64,000 nt of DNA, from assembly GCA_903837125.1 (NCBI GenBank), contig CAILTG010000025.1, positions 1,340-65,339 of the forward strand, in the 5' to 3' direction. Positions 17,796 through 28,182 of this stretch are shown piece after piece (position 1 is the stretch's first letter; every line of letters starts with the position of its first letter). This stretch comes from Candidatus Magasanikiibacteriota bacterium. GTDB taxonomy: Bacteria > Patescibacteriota > Patescibacteriia > Magasanikbacterales > UBA922. The notes under the pieces were generated by a model. That model was not told the origin of the DNA, searched no databases, and worked only from the letters and a program-made list of their open reading frames with translations. Both the position numbers and the translations under genes were made by a program.

Positions 17796-20519
17796 TTATT
17801 TAAGTTCTCCCCAGCGTTTGCCTACACTAATGTGAACTTCTACTGGTACACGAAGTTTTACTACATTTTCCATCGCCTCTTTTACAATTTTACTTACTTC
17901 ATCTTCCAAACCCTCTTTAACTTCCAATACCAATTCATCGTGCACTTGTAAAATCATTTTGACGTCGTTTTTTTTGTATTTTTCTCCATGTATTTTGTCT
18001 AATGTGTTGATCATTGCAAGTTTCATTAAATCTGCGGCTGTGCCTTGAATGGGCATGTTGATCGCCATGCGTTCGCCGGAATTTCTAAGTTGAAAATTAT
18101 CAGCATTTAATTCCGGAATATATCTTCTTCTGCCAAATAAAGTTTCTACATAACCTTCTTTCTTGGCAAATTGCAAAGTTTGTTCAATATATTTTTTTAC
18201 GCCGGCAAATTCTGAAAAATATTTGGCAATAAATTCTTTGGCCTGCCATTGGGGAATTTTGGTTCGCCAGGAAAGTCCATAAGCGCCCATGCCGTAAAGC
18301 ACGCCAAAATTTACTTCTTTGGCCGCGTAGCGCATTTCTTTGGTTACTTTATCTAAGGGAACATTATTAATTGCCGCGGCAGTGGCTTGATGAATATCTT
18401 TGCCTTCTGCAAAAATTTCAATCATTTTTTCATCATTAGCAAGTGAGGCCACAATGCGGAGTTCAATTTGTGAATAGTCAGCTACAATTAAAGAATAACC
18501 TTTTTCAGAAATAAAAGTGTCACGCACTTCTTTACCAAGTTCAGTCCGAATAGGAATATTTTGCAAATTAGGGTCGGAGCTAGATAATCTACCCGTGGTA
18601 GTTACCGCTTGATTGTAAGTGGTGTGGATACGGCCAGTGGTTTTGTTAATTAATGTTGGTAAAACATCTACATAAGTATTTTGCAGTTTGGCGAGTTCGC
18701 GATGTTCCAAAATCATGGGGATAATGGGGTGTTCTTCAAGCAATTTTTCCAGTTCAGATTCAGCCGTAGACAAACCAGTTTTACCTTTTTTAATAGTATC
18801 GGTGGGAATTTTTAATTTAGTAAATAATATTTCTCGCAGTTGTAAAGGAGAAGCAACATTAAATTCCTGCCCTGCCTCTTTCCAGATTTTTTTGGTTATT
18901 TTTTCTAACTCTTGATTTACATCATGAGAAAGTTTTTTTAAGACAACGGTATCCACCGCCACACCATTAAATTCCATTTCTGCCAAAACCGGAATTAATT
19001 TCATTTCAATTTTTTCAAATAAGCCTTGGTTATCTATTTCTGCCAGTTGTTTTTTCATTTTGGGATAAAGTTCTAAACAGTAACCCAATTCTTCGGCAAT
19101 TTTTTCTTTATCTACACCAAATAAACTAGTTTGGTTTGAGCCAATAGATAAATCTTTACCTAATTCACGCATCACAATATTTTTTAAATCGTGCGAACGA
19201 GTAGAGGAGTTGATGACGTAAGAGGCGATCATGATGTCAAAAATTTGAAATTTGTCCCGATGAAATGCGGGATCCCGTACTTTGTCGGGAAAATTTGAAA
19301 TTTGAAATTTAAGAAGTGATTTGAGGAGAGATTTTAAATCGTGGCCGATGAGAGTTTTTTTATTATCAGAAAATATTTGTGTGGTATCTGTTAGATATTT
19401 TTTTTCAATATAGTAGGTATTTTTTTCTGTGGCAAAAATTAACCCCAACAATTCACTCTCCATGACATTGGTTCCTGACAAAATTTCTTTGCAAGCGAAA
19501 ATGTCCACCTGTTCAATTTCTTTAAGAAAATCTTTTAAATTTTTATCATCAATTTCAATTATGTTTATTTTAGTTTTTTGATTTGTGATTTTTGATTTGT
19601 TTGTATCTTGTTTCTTGGAATTTTCGTCTGATTTGGCTCCTGGCAATCTTTTAATCAATGACCAGAATTCAAACTTTTTTAGTAAATCACTAATTTTTAC
19701 AATATCAAATTGTTTCACTTCACACTCAGCTAATTTAAAATCCAAATCTGGTACATCGCGTACAATTGTGGCTAATTCATAACTCATTTCGGCACTTTTC
19801 TTACCTTCTTTTAATTTTTTTATAACGTTTTCGCTAATCTTTAAATCTTTCAATTTTTCAATCTTTTTGTATATCTCATCTATCCCTCCAACTTTCTGTA
19901 TTAATTCTGTCGCTGTTTTTTCACCAATCCCTGGTACACCAGGAATATTATCCGAAGTATCTCCGCGTAAGGCTTTATAATCCACAATATGCTCTGGTCC
20001 AAAGCCATATTTCTTTTTTACCTCTTCTTTATCATATAAAACAGTTTCACTCAGCCCTTTTTTGGGTGTAAAAACTTGTGTATTATCATCTACCACCTGC
20101 AGTAAATCTTTATCACCCGTAACAATTATTTTTTGTATCTTGTATCTTGTATCTTGTATTTTATTCGTGATTGTTCCAATTACATCGTCTGCTTCAAAAC
20201 CTTTTTTAATATAAATTGGAATATCAAAAGCTTTGACTATATCATAACAAAGAGGAATTTGATCATATAATTCTTGATCAGCTTTTACACGAGTGGCTTT
20301 GTAATCTTTGGAGATTTTGTCGCGAAAAGTGCCACCACCCACATCAAAACTAACTGCCAAATAATCTGGTTTTAAATCAGCAATTACTTTGAGGAGCATA
20401 CTGGTAAAACCGTACACAGCGTTGACCATGGTGCCTTTGACGGTCATGGGGGGGAGGGCGTGGTAGGCGCGGTGGATAATGGCATTACCATCAATGATGA
20501 CGAATTTTTTATTTTCCAT
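17796..20519 (-). CDS. polA: DNA polymerase I
   Basis: IIDGNAIIHRAYHA 5'-exonuclease, TGRLSSSDPNLQNIP, DYSQIELR, QVHDEL; ATG at 20519 preferred. Confidence 0.97.
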   Translation of the reverse strand: MENKKFVIIDGNAIIHRAYHALPPMTVKGTMVNAVYGFTSMLLKVIADLKPDYLAVSFDVGGGTFRDKISKDYKATRVKADQELYDQIPLCYDIVKAFDIPIYIKKGFEADDVIGTITNKIQDTRYKIQKIIVTGDKDLLQVVDDNTQVFTPKKGLSETVLYDKEEVKKKYGFGPEHIVDYKALRGDTSDNIPGVPGIGEKTATELIQKVGGIDEIYKKIEKLKDLKISENVIKKLKEGKKSAEMSYELATIVRDVPDLDFKLAECEVKQFDIVKISDLLKKFEFWSLIKRLPGAKSDENSKKQDTNKSKITNQKTKINIIEIDDKNLKDFLKEIEQVDIFACKEILSGTNVMESELLGLIFATEKNTYYIEKKYLTDTTQIFSDNKKTLIGHDLKSLLKSLLKFQISNFPDKVRDPAFHRDKFQIFDIMIASYVINSSTRSHDLKNIVMRELGKDLSIGSNQTSLFGVDKEKIAEELGYCLELYPKMKKQLAEIDNQGLFEKIEMKLIPVLAEMEFNGVAVDTVVLKKLSHDVNQELEKITKKIWKEAGQEFNVASPLQLREILFTKLKIPTDTIKKGKTGLSTAESELEKLLEEHPIIPMILEHRELAKLQNTYVDVLPTLINKTTGRIHTTYNQAVTTTGRLSSSDPNLQNIPIRTELGKEVRDTFISEKGYSLIVADYSQIELRIVASLANDEKMIEIFAEGKDIHQATAAAINNVPLDKVTKEMRYAAKEVNFGVLYGMGAYGLSWRTKIPQWQAKEFIAKYFSEFAGVKKYIEQTLQFAKKEGYVETLFGRRRYIPELNADNFQLRNSGERMAINMPIQGTAADLMKLAMINTLDKIHGEKYKKNDVKMILQVHDELVLEVKEGLEDEVSKIVKEAMENVVKLRVPVEVHISVGKRWGELK

Positions 20520-20628
20520 ACGGAAGTATTTTAGCATTTTAGGTGTTGAAAGTAAAACGATTCTTTCCTTACTTTTTCACTAGAATGATTATACAAATAA
20601 AAAATACACTTATTCAGTGTATAACTTG

Positions 20629-20700
20629 AGGTACCGGTGGGAATCGCACCCACGCATAGGGGTTTTGCAGACCCCTGCCTTACTGCTTGGCTACGGTACC
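20629..20700 (-). tRNA. tRNA-Cys(GCA)
   Basis: Acceptor GGTACCG/CGGTACC, anticodon arm GGGGT-CTGCAAA-ACCCC, U discriminator, CCA not encoded. Confidence 0.92.
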
Positions 20701-20788
20701 ATTGTTGAATTTTTAAACAATTTTTATTTACTTAATTTTTTAATCACAGACAGATTATAGCAGATTTAAATTTGGATTTCAAGAGCTT

Positions 20789-20818
20789 TAAACCCGCCTC
20801 ATCGGCGGGTTTTATTTA
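20789..20818. terminator. Terminator hairpin
   Basis: aaacccgcc-tcatc-ggcgggtttt. Confidence 0.6.
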
Positions 20819-20848
20819 TTTCTGTTTTAATCTGTTTAAATCAATGCT

Positions 20849-21334
20849 TTAGCGGCGAGCCAACTTTCTGGCACAGCTCCAGGCTCGCCAGTGTCCATCT
20901 TTTAATCTTTTTTCAATTGCCCAATCAGTAGCTTTTTTATAATCTAATTTATCAGAATTAGAAATATCTTTATGAATACTATTAATCTGCCACAGTCCTA
21001 AATCTGCAGTGTGGTTATAGTTAACCCCCATGGCATCTGAGTTCCATTTGCTTTCACAGTTAATAATAATTTCTACTTCATCAGGATCAAGACCGGCAGC
21101 GGTTACGCGCTGTAATACCCAGTCTTTCATGGATAATTCTGGCGGTTCAACTGGTTCATCTTTAGGTGTGGTAGAAACATTTAGACCAAACCAACTTAGT
21201 CCTTGATTTAAAGTATTTAAAGTGTCAGCTTTGGCAGTTTCGTGGATACTCATTGAACCAACAAAAGAAATAACTATAATGATAGCAACGGTTTTATGAT
21301 AAAATTTGGATAAATTTTTGGAAAATAACTTCAT
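20849..21334 (-). CDS. Secreted lysozyme-like/lytic transglycosylase protein
   Basis: IINCESKWN catalytic Glu, GLWQIN, W..W.C C-terminus, N-terminal signal. Confidence 0.8.
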   Translation of the reverse strand: MKLFSKNLSKFYHKTVAIIIVISFVGSMSIHETAKADTLNTLNQGLSWFGLNVSTTPKDEPVEPPELSMKDWVLQRVTAAGLDPDEVEIIINCESKWNSDAMGVNYNHTADLGLWQINSIHKDISNSDKLDYKKATDWAIEKRLKDGHWRAWSCARKLARR

Positions 21335-21441
21335 AAGTTGTTTTTCTTTCTGTTGAAAGCGAGTTCAGTATTCCAGGTGGATTAACAGCCTTTGAGGAAT
21401 AAAAAATCCTGATGATATACTCAGGAATCCTTCAACGCAAA

Positions 21442-21470
21442 AGTATACCAGAAAAGGTCCTCTTTGTCAA
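21442..21470 (-). promoter_or_regulatory. Promoter of transglycosylase gene
   Basis: Minus strand TTGACA-17-TATACT. Confidence 0.65.
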
Positions 21471-21533
21471 TATTTCAAGTTATGATATACTATTGTTTAT
21501 AATGATATTTAGCTAAAATAAGGCAAATTTGCT

Positions 21534-24500
21534 ATGGTACATATCAACAGGCGGAGTTATGGATTTACCAAGGGTAACCCTCTCAAAAGACCAAAATTAG
21601 AAAATGGTAAAGTAGAAGTTACTGGTAATTATTCTGGAGTAAGACAAGTGGGGCCAAATAAATTTTGGCTTATTTTAGTGTTTATTTTGTTATTACCTTT
21701 TAAAATTGTTTGGTGGTTATTTAGAAGTGTGAAGTATTTATGGCAAAAAACGCCTAAATTAAGCCAAAAATCTAAGAAAAATTTATGGGTAAAAATTGGT
21801 TGGACAGCACTCACTTTGGTGATTTTGGGATTTTTGGCAGGTACAATCGCCGTGGCTTGGGCCAGTCGGGATTTGCCAGATCCGGAAAAGTTAACCGATC
21901 GAAAAGTAGCCCAAAGTACTAAAATTTATGACCGCACGGGGACACATTTGCTTTATGAAGTTTATAGTGGTGAAAAGAGAACTTTGGTGAAGCTAGAAGA
22001 AATTCCTAAAAATTTGGTAAATGGGGTAATTGCTACTGAAGATACTAAATTTTATCAGCACAATGGTATTGACCCCTTGGGATGGCTCCGAGCAATATAT
22101 TATGCAGTGATTAAAGGTCAGAGGATTGCTGGCACTTCTACTATTACTCAACAATTAATTAAAAATGCGGTACTCACTAATGAGCGTTCTGTGCTTAGAA
22201 AAATTAAAGAAGTAATTTTATCTTTACGTTTGGAGCAAAAATATACCAAAGACCAGATTTTGCAAATTTATTTTAATGAAATTCCTTATGGTTCCACTAA
22301 TTATGGGGTGGAGGCCGCGGCTCAAAGTTATTTTGGCAAGCACGTATCAGAATTGAATTTGCAAGAATGCGCTACTTTGACAGGTTTACCACAATCACCT
22401 TCCACTTATTTAGGTAATACTAAAGCTTTAAAAAATCGTCGTGATTTTGTTTTGGAAAGAATGGTGGTGGCAGGATATATTACTCGTGAAGCAGCAGACA
22501 AAGCTCAAGCTGAGCCAATAACTTTGCAAAAAAATTATGGTAATATTAAGGCACCGCATTTTGTACTTTATGTGCGTGATCAATTGATTAATAAATTTGG
22601 CGAAGAGGTAGTAGATACTGGCGGGTTTAAAGTGATTACTACTTTAGATTGGGACAAACAGCAAATTGCTGAAGAAGTGGTTTCTTCTTCAGCAAAAAAT
22701 TTATTAGCTAGCAATGCTAATAATGCTTCTTTGGTGGCCTTGGACCCAAAAACTGGTCAAATTTTAAGCATGATTGGATCAATAGATTTTTATAATAAAG
22801 ATATTGATGGACAATTTAATGTGGCAACTTTGGGTAAGCGCCAGCCTGGCTCATCATTTAAACCAATTATTTATTCTGCTTTGTTTGAAAAAGGTTATAC
22901 GCCAGATACTATTTTGTGGGATGTGAATCGTAACTTTGCTGTTTCTGGTGTTCCTTATCAACCGCATGATTATGATAATAAAGAACGCGGGCCGGTTTCC
23001 ATTCGGCAGGCTTTGCAGGGTTCATTAAACATTCCTGCGGTTGAGGCCTTATATTTATTGGGGTCAAAAAGTGGTGTGGATTTTGCTGGGCGTATGGGTT
23101 ATACCACTTTAAGTGAGGGAGAATTTGGTTTAGCTTTGGTTTTGGGAGGTGGTGAAGTTAAACTTTTGGATCATACCAATGCTTATGCAGTGTTTGCTAA
23201 TAATGGAGTAAAAAATGATCCAGTTAGTATTTTAAGTGTGGAAGATTCTACTGGTGAGGTGCTTTTTAAATGGAAACCAAGTGTTGGTGTTCAAGTGTTA
23301 GATAAAAAAATAACTGATATTATGTCAAATGTTTTAAGTGATGATGCTGCCCGAGCTTATGTGTTTGGCGCTGGTAGTGTGCTTACTTTAAAAGATCGGC
23401 CAGTGGCTGTTAAAACTGGTACTACTAATGATTATAAAGATGCTTGGACAGTTGGTTACACGCCATCACTGGTGACTGGAGTATGGGTGGGTAATACCAA
23501 TAATAGTGCTATGAAAAAAGGTGATGGTGGTTCTAAATTAGCCGCGCCAATTTGGAATAAATTTATGAGTGGGGCCTTAAAAAATATGCCGGTTGAAGAA
23601 TTTTCTCCATTACCACCCAATGAAGCAACTAAACCAATTTTGCGCGGTTCGGTGGGCGGTAGTATTACTTTAAATATTGATTCAGCTACTGGTAAAATCG
23701 CCACCACTTCCACACCAGCGCAGTATGTGGTGCAAAGAACTTATACTCCTGCTCATTCTATTCTATATTATGTAAATAAAGACGATCCACAAGGTCCGCC
23801 ATTGGCCGACCCGGCTGTTGACCCGCAATTTTCAATTTGGGAAACTGCTATTCAGGATTGGGTAGTGCGTCAAAAAGCTGCCAATCCAAATTGGCAGATG
23901 ACTTTTGAAGATCCACCAACAGAGTATGACAATTTGAATAATTTAAGTGGCGAGCAACCAAGTTTGGAGGTATTGAATCCTTTACCAAACAGTAATCTTA
24001 CTTCAAGGGAAATTAATTTTAGTATTAAAGCCAGTTCTCCTCGGGGAGTTACTCGGGTGACTTATAAAATTGATGATAAATATGTTGGCGTTTTGCAAAC
24101 TCCGCCATTTAATTTAAATTATTATGCTAGTGGTTTACAGGATGGAAATCATTTGTTAACAGTAATTGCTGTAGATGACGTTGATAATCAGGCAATTCAA
24201 CAAGTGCCTTTTGTTTTAGCGGCTGGTCTTGAAACGCCGTCAGTATTTTGGGCTAGTAATAATAATCAAAAAGTTAAACAAATAAATTTTCCTCAGATTT
24301 TCTTTTTAAGTTTTTATCAGCTTGATCAAATAGCCGAAGTACAGATTTATCAGCAAACATTTGGTGGACCAAAAATATCTTTGGGGCAAGTTGATTTAAA
24401 AAATATTTTTAATAACCAATTAAATTTTAAATGGAACGAAGTACCGGAGAAGGGAAATTGGAATTTACTTGCGGAATTTAAGTTGAAAGACGGTAGTGTG

Positions 24501-24536
24501 AAAGAATCACCGGCTTTAACAGTAGCGGTTGAGTGA
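21534..24536 (+). CDS. Class A penicillin-binding protein with C-terminal Ig-like domains
   Basis: ATEDTKFY, STITQQL transglycosylase; QPGSSFK, SLN, KTGT transpeptidase. Confidence 0.95.
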   Translation: MVHINRRSYGFTKGNPLKRPKLENGKVEVTGNYSGVRQVGPNKFWLILVFILLLPFKIVWWLFRSVKYLWQKTPKLSQKSKKNLWVKIGWTALTLVILGFLAGTIAVAWASRDLPDPEKLTDRKVAQSTKIYDRTGTHLLYEVYSGEKRTLVKLEEIPKNLVNGVIATEDTKFYQHNGIDPLGWLRAIYYAVIKGQRIAGTSTITQQLIKNAVLTNERSVLRKIKEVILSLRLEQKYTKDQILQIYFNEIPYGSTNYGVEAAAQSYFGKHVSELNLQECATLTGLPQSPSTYLGNTKALKNRRDFVLERMVVAGYITREAADKAQAEPITLQKNYGNIKAPHFVLYVRDQLINKFGEEVVDTGGFKVITTLDWDKQQIAEEVVSSSAKNLLASNANNASLVALDPKTGQILSMIGSIDFYNKDIDGQFNVATLGKRQPGSSFKPIIYSALFEKGYTPDTILWDVNRNFAVSGVPYQPHDYDNKERGPVSIRQALQGSLNIPAVEALYLLGSKSGVDFAGRMGYTTLSEGEFGLALVLGGGEVKLLDHTNAYAVFANNGVKNDPVSILSVEDSTGEVLFKWKPSVGVQVLDKKITDIMSNVLSDDAARAYVFGAGSVLTLKDRPVAVKTGTTNDYKDAWTVGYTPSLVTGVWVGNTNNSAMKKGDGGSKLAAPIWNKFMSGALKNMPVEEFSPLPPNEATKPILRGSVGGSITLNIDSATGKIATTSTPAQYVVQRTYTPAHSILYYVNKDDPQGPPLADPAVDPQFSIWETAIQDWVVRQKAANPNWQMTFEDPPTEYDNLNNLSGEQPSLEVLNPLPNSNLTSREINFSIKASSPRGVTRVTYKIDDKYVGVLQTPPFNLNYYASGLQDGNHLLTVIAVDDVDNQAIQQVPFVLAAGLETPSVFWASNNNQKVKQINFPQIFFLSFYQLDQIAEVQIYQQTFGGPKISLGQVDLKNIFNNQLNFKWNEVPEKGNWNLLAEFKLKDGSVKESPALTVAVE

Positions 24537-24549
24537 AGAAAATTATTAA

Positions 24550-24578
24550 CAAAAAAAGAGTCTTAACTCTTTTTTTGT
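24550..24578. terminator. Bidirectional terminator
   Basis: aaaaaaagagt-ctta-actcttttttt. Confidence 0.6.
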
Positions 24579-24595
24579 TTGGTGATTTTTTAATC

Positions 24596-25369
24596 TTATG
24601 ATCTTTTGATTTTTAATTTTAAAAAGTAAGTTGTCCCCCAAATTATAAAAGGAATTGACAGCCACTGTCCAGCAGTTAGAAACCCTTCCCAAGAAGTTTG
24701 ATATTCTTTGGCAAATTCAATGAGAAAACGGATAGAAAAATATGTTAGCAAGAATAAATGGAAGAAGAAAAGCTGGGGTGTTTTTTTGGAATACTTTTTG
24801 TATAAAATATAAAGTATGAAGAATAAAGTGATTGAGGTTAGTGCTTCATAAATTTGGGTAGGATGCCTCAAAATTGGATTTTGTTCGTAGTGTGGAAAAT
24901 AAACGCCCCAAGGTAAATTAGTGGCACGACCGACAATTTCTGAATTGAAAAAATTTCCAATTCTAATAAAAGTTGCGAGTAGGGGAATGGGAATAATTAA
25001 AATATCCAAATAATTTTTAATATTAATTTTTTTTATTTTAGAAAAAATTAGTAATGATATTAAAAGTGCTAAAGTCATGCCGTGACTAGAAAGTCCTCCA
25101 TGGTTGACGAAGATCATTTCTAAGGGGTGAGAAAAATAATAAGCTGGTTCGTAAAATAAAATTTCTCCGAGTCGCGCACCAACCAGACCGCCGAGAATGA
25201 GCCAAACACCTAAATCCAGTGCTAAATCACCTGGATATTTTTTTTGTTTGAATAATTTATAAATAATCCAAACCGCTAAAATTACGCCAATGGCTAAAAA
25301 AAGGCCGTACCAGCGAATTGTAATAAAGTTAAAATGAAGTAGAACTGGGTTGAGATTGTCGGTAAACAT
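24596..25369 (-). CDS. lgt: Prolipoprotein diacylglyceryl transferase
   Basis: IRWYG, GGLSSHG, RIGNFFNSE, RHPTQIYE. Confidence 0.95.
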   Translation of the reverse strand: MFTDNLNPVLLHFNFITIRWYGLFLAIGVILAVWIIYKLFKQKKYPGDLALDLGVWLILGGLVGARLGEILFYEPAYYFSHPLEMIFVNHGGLSSHGMTLALLISLLIFSKIKKINIKNYLDILIIPIPLLATFIRIGNFFNSEIVGRATNLPWGVYFPHYEQNPILRHPTQIYEALTSITLFFILYILYKKYSKKTPQLFFFHLFLLTYFSIRFLIEFAKEYQTSWEGFLTAGQWLSIPFIIWGTTYFLKLKIKRS

Positions 25370-25379
25370 AATTATTTTT

Positions 25380-26105
25380 TTAGGTAAAACGGGTAATGCA
25401 AAAAATGAAGATTACTCCCAAAATTGTTAAGCCAATTAGTTTATAAGAACTTTTTTCGCTATGGGCTTCTGGTAAAATATCACTGGCCCCAATGTAAAGT
25501 AAAAATCCAGCAAAGAAGCCAAGATAAAGCACTAAAAAGTGTGGCGAGACCTTAAAAAATAAAGTTGAGATGGCACCTAAAATTGGTGTGAGGGCGTCAA
25601 AAAGTAAAAATATTTTTGATTTTTTGGTGGTATTTTTGTTGGTTAACATTAAGGTTACGGTATTCATACCATCGGTAAAGTCATGTGAGATCACCGCGAT
25701 TGCCACTAAGAGACCAACAGCCGTATTAATTTGGAATCCCAGTCCAATACCCACTCCATCCATAAAACTGTGTCCGATTAAAGCCAAAGCCGATAAAATA
25801 CCAACTTGGGGATGTTTGTGTTCTTTGTAATCATTTTCATGATTATGATGGATTAAAATTGATTTTTCCAAAATATGAAAAAGTAAAAAACCAACAACTA
25901 AAGCAATCATGGCTTCAATTGGGTCAAAATTATTGTCGGCGATTTGTCTAATGATTTCTGGAAAAATATCAAAAGTTACCACGCCAAGCAACACTCCGGC
26001 CGCGAAGGCCATAATGGGATGAAGTTTGTCTTTGAATTTAATGGCAAATAAACCACCAAGAAGAGTTGAAAAAAAAGTTGCTAAAGTAAGAACTATTAAT
26101 TCCAT
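25380..26105 (-). CDS. ZIP-family metal transporter
   Basis: HSFMDG, HDFTDG, His-rich loop, ILPEAH. Confidence 0.9.
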   Translation of the reverse strand: MELIVLTLATFFSTLLGGLFAIKFKDKLHPIMAFAAGVLLGVVTFDIFPEIIRQIADNNFDPIEAMIALVVGFLLFHILEKSILIHHNHENDYKEHKHPQVGILSALALIGHSFMDGVGIGLGFQINTAVGLLVAIAVISHDFTDGMNTVTLMLTNKNTTKKSKIFLLFDALTPILGAISTLFFKVSPHFLVLYLGFFAGFLLYIGASDILPEAHSEKSSYKLIGLTILGVIFIFCITRFT

Positions 26106-26109
26106 ATAG

Positions 26110-26499
26110 TTATTGACAGGCCGAACAAAGGCCGGTTAAAATTAAAGAATGTTGAATGTTTTTAAAATTTTTAATTTTGGGAATTTTTGGTTCAGTTTTT
26201 ACACATTTAGTTTTGTGGCAACTGGTGCAAATTATGTGGTGATGATGATTTTCAATATCATTTTTTTCATAATATTGCTCGCCCGAAAGATTGATTACTG
26301 ATTTGATTAAATTTAATTCTGCCAAAATTTCTAAAGTGCGGTAAATAGAAACACGATCAATTTTTGGTAATTTTTTAATAAGTTGTTTGGCAGAAAAAAT
26401 ACCATCTTTTTTAATAATAAGAGCCAGGATTTTTTTTCTGGGGCCAGTGATATTATAGTGATTTTGTTTAAGTTGATCACTTAGTTGTTTGTTTGGCAT
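26110..26499 (-). CDS. Fur-family regulator (Zur-like)
   Basis: SIYRTL, HHHHIICTSC, CSAC; ATG at 26499. Confidence 0.9.
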   Translation of the reverse strand: MPNKQLSDQLKQNHYNITGPRKKILALIIKKDGIFSAKQLIKKLPKIDRVSIYRTLEILAELNLIKSVINLSGEQYYEKNDIENHHHHIICTSCHKTKCVKTEPKIPKIKNFKNIQHSLILTGLCSACQ

Positions 26500-26504
26500 A
26501 AAAA

Positions 26505-26553
26505 ATAATTGCAATTCAGTTGCAATTATATTATAACTTAATTAACTTGTCAA
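26505..26553 (-). promoter_or_regulatory. Fur/Zur box overlapping consensus promoter
   Basis: ATAATTGCAA-ttcag-TTGCAATTAT (26505-26529); minus-strand TTGACA-17-TATAAT. Confidence 0.8.
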
Positions 26554-26554
26554 G

Positions 26555-27328
26555 TTAGAGGTCTATTGCTAATTTTATGGGGCAGTGATCTGACCCTAAT
26601 ACCTGGTCAAGAATCTCGGCTTTGGATATTTTGTTTTTTAGATCTAAACTTACCACAAAATAATCAATCCGCCAGCCGGCATTTCTAATTCTGGCTCCAA
26701 AGCGGTAACTCCACCAAGTGTATTTAATTTCTTGGGGATGAAGAAAACGAAAAGTATCAATCATGTTTTGTTTTAAAAATTTGTCAAAGCTGTTTCTTTC
26801 TTCAATAGTAAAACCAGCATTTTGTTCATTTTCTTTAGGATTTTTTAAATCAATTTCAGTATGAGCCACATTAAAATCTCCTGTAAAAATTACTGGTTTT
26901 TTCTTTTCCAGTTTTTTGATATGCTGAAAAATTTTATCGTTAAATTCAATTTTGAAATCTAATCTTGATAAATCATGACGAGTGTTGGGGAAATAAGCAT
27001 TAACAAAGTAAAATTTTTCAAATTCAATAGTTTGTACTCGTCCCTCACTGTCAAAGTTATCATGGTTGAGCCCATTTATTTGTTTAATAATTTTTAAATT
27101 AGTTTTTTCTTTAATTAAAATAGCCGTACCAGCATAACCCGGTCTTTGTGCTGAATGCCAAATTTCAATATATCCGGGAAAATCCAATTCAGCTTTACCT
27201 CGGTCTTTATCAGCAATTTTCACTTCCTGCAAGGCCATAATATCCGGCTGGTATTTTTTTAGTACTTCTAAAAAGCCGTTTCTAAGAGCGGCACGGATGC
27301 CATTGACGTTCCAAGACATTAATAACAT
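26555..27328 (-). CDS. xth: Exodeoxyribonuclease III
   Basis: SWNVNGIRA, LQEVK, GDFNVAH, GWRIDYF, SDHCP. Confidence 0.95.
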   Translation of the reverse strand: MLLMSWNVNGIRAALRNGFLEVLKKYQPDIMALQEVKIADKDRGKAELDFPGYIEIWHSAQRPGYAGTAILIKEKTNLKIIKQINGLNHDNFDSEGRVQTIEFEKFYFVNAYFPNTRHDLSRLDFKIEFNDKIFQHIKKLEKKKPVIFTGDFNVAHTEIDLKNPKENEQNAGFTIEERNSFDKFLKQNMIDTFRFLHPQEIKYTWWSYRFGARIRNAGWRIDYFVVSLDLKNKISKAEILDQVLGSDHCPIKLAIDL

Positions 27329-27633
27329 AAAAATTAAATACTAACAAAATACGATTAGAATATTAATAAAATATAACGTCATATTTGTTTTCATATTTTA
27401 TTTGTATTTTGGTTGTATTTGTAAAAATACAAAATTTAGTGATTGTAAATAGTTTGTATGATGTTATTTGGGTTAGGGGTTCTAATATTATAATAGTTGA
27501 AAAGTGACTATTTTGCAATAACAATTGTATTTTTTTATGTGTATGTTGTTTGTTGTTTGTTTATCCACAAGCTGGGTTGGCAAAGTTTACATAGTATGGT
27601 ATATTTTTCTAGTTAAAATTAAAATAAAAATAT

Positions 27634-28023
27634 ATGGCCGTAGAAAAATATCATGAAGTTAAAAAAGCTTTGTTGGATCATATACAGTCTTTGTTTGAAG
27701 AAATGGAAGAAGAATTGGCCTTATCTCACCAAGAAAAATATGCTTTGTTAGAGGACATTTTAAATGGTGCTTCTGATGAGGACGAGTTAAGGGTGGCTTT
27801 TGAACAATGGTATAATGAGCATGTTGATGAGATTGGTTGGGATTATAAAGTTGTAGAGTTATGGAATCAGGCTGTGGGTGATAAAGGTGTTGAAGTGGTG
27901 GAGGATGATGAAGAAGATAAAGATGAAGATGGTCCTGAGGAAGAGTTACCTGGTTTTGGATCTGATGAAGAAGACGAAGGTGATAAACGTAAGAATGATT
28001 TTAAAAATAGTGATGAGGATTAA
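27634..28023 (+). CDS. Acidic hypothetical protein
   Basis: 129 aa ORF, helical N-terminus, Asp/Glu-rich tail. Confidence 0.7.
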   Translation: MAVEKYHEVKKALLDHIQSLFEEMEEELALSHQEKYALLEDILNGASDEDELRVAFEQWYNEHVDEIGWDYKVVELWNQAVGDKGVEVVEDDEEDKDEDGPEEELPGFGSDEEDEGDKRKNDFKNSDED

Positions 28024-28182
28024 TTATGTGTGAATTTACGAATTATTAGTTAATGATTGGAGTGACTCACGACCGAGAGGGAGTGGGTCTTTTTTAACTT
28101 GAAATATTGGTGGATTGTGGTATATTATTGAAGCAACAAGCTTATTGCTTAATCTGCTTATAAACCTAATTTGCTTAAAAAT

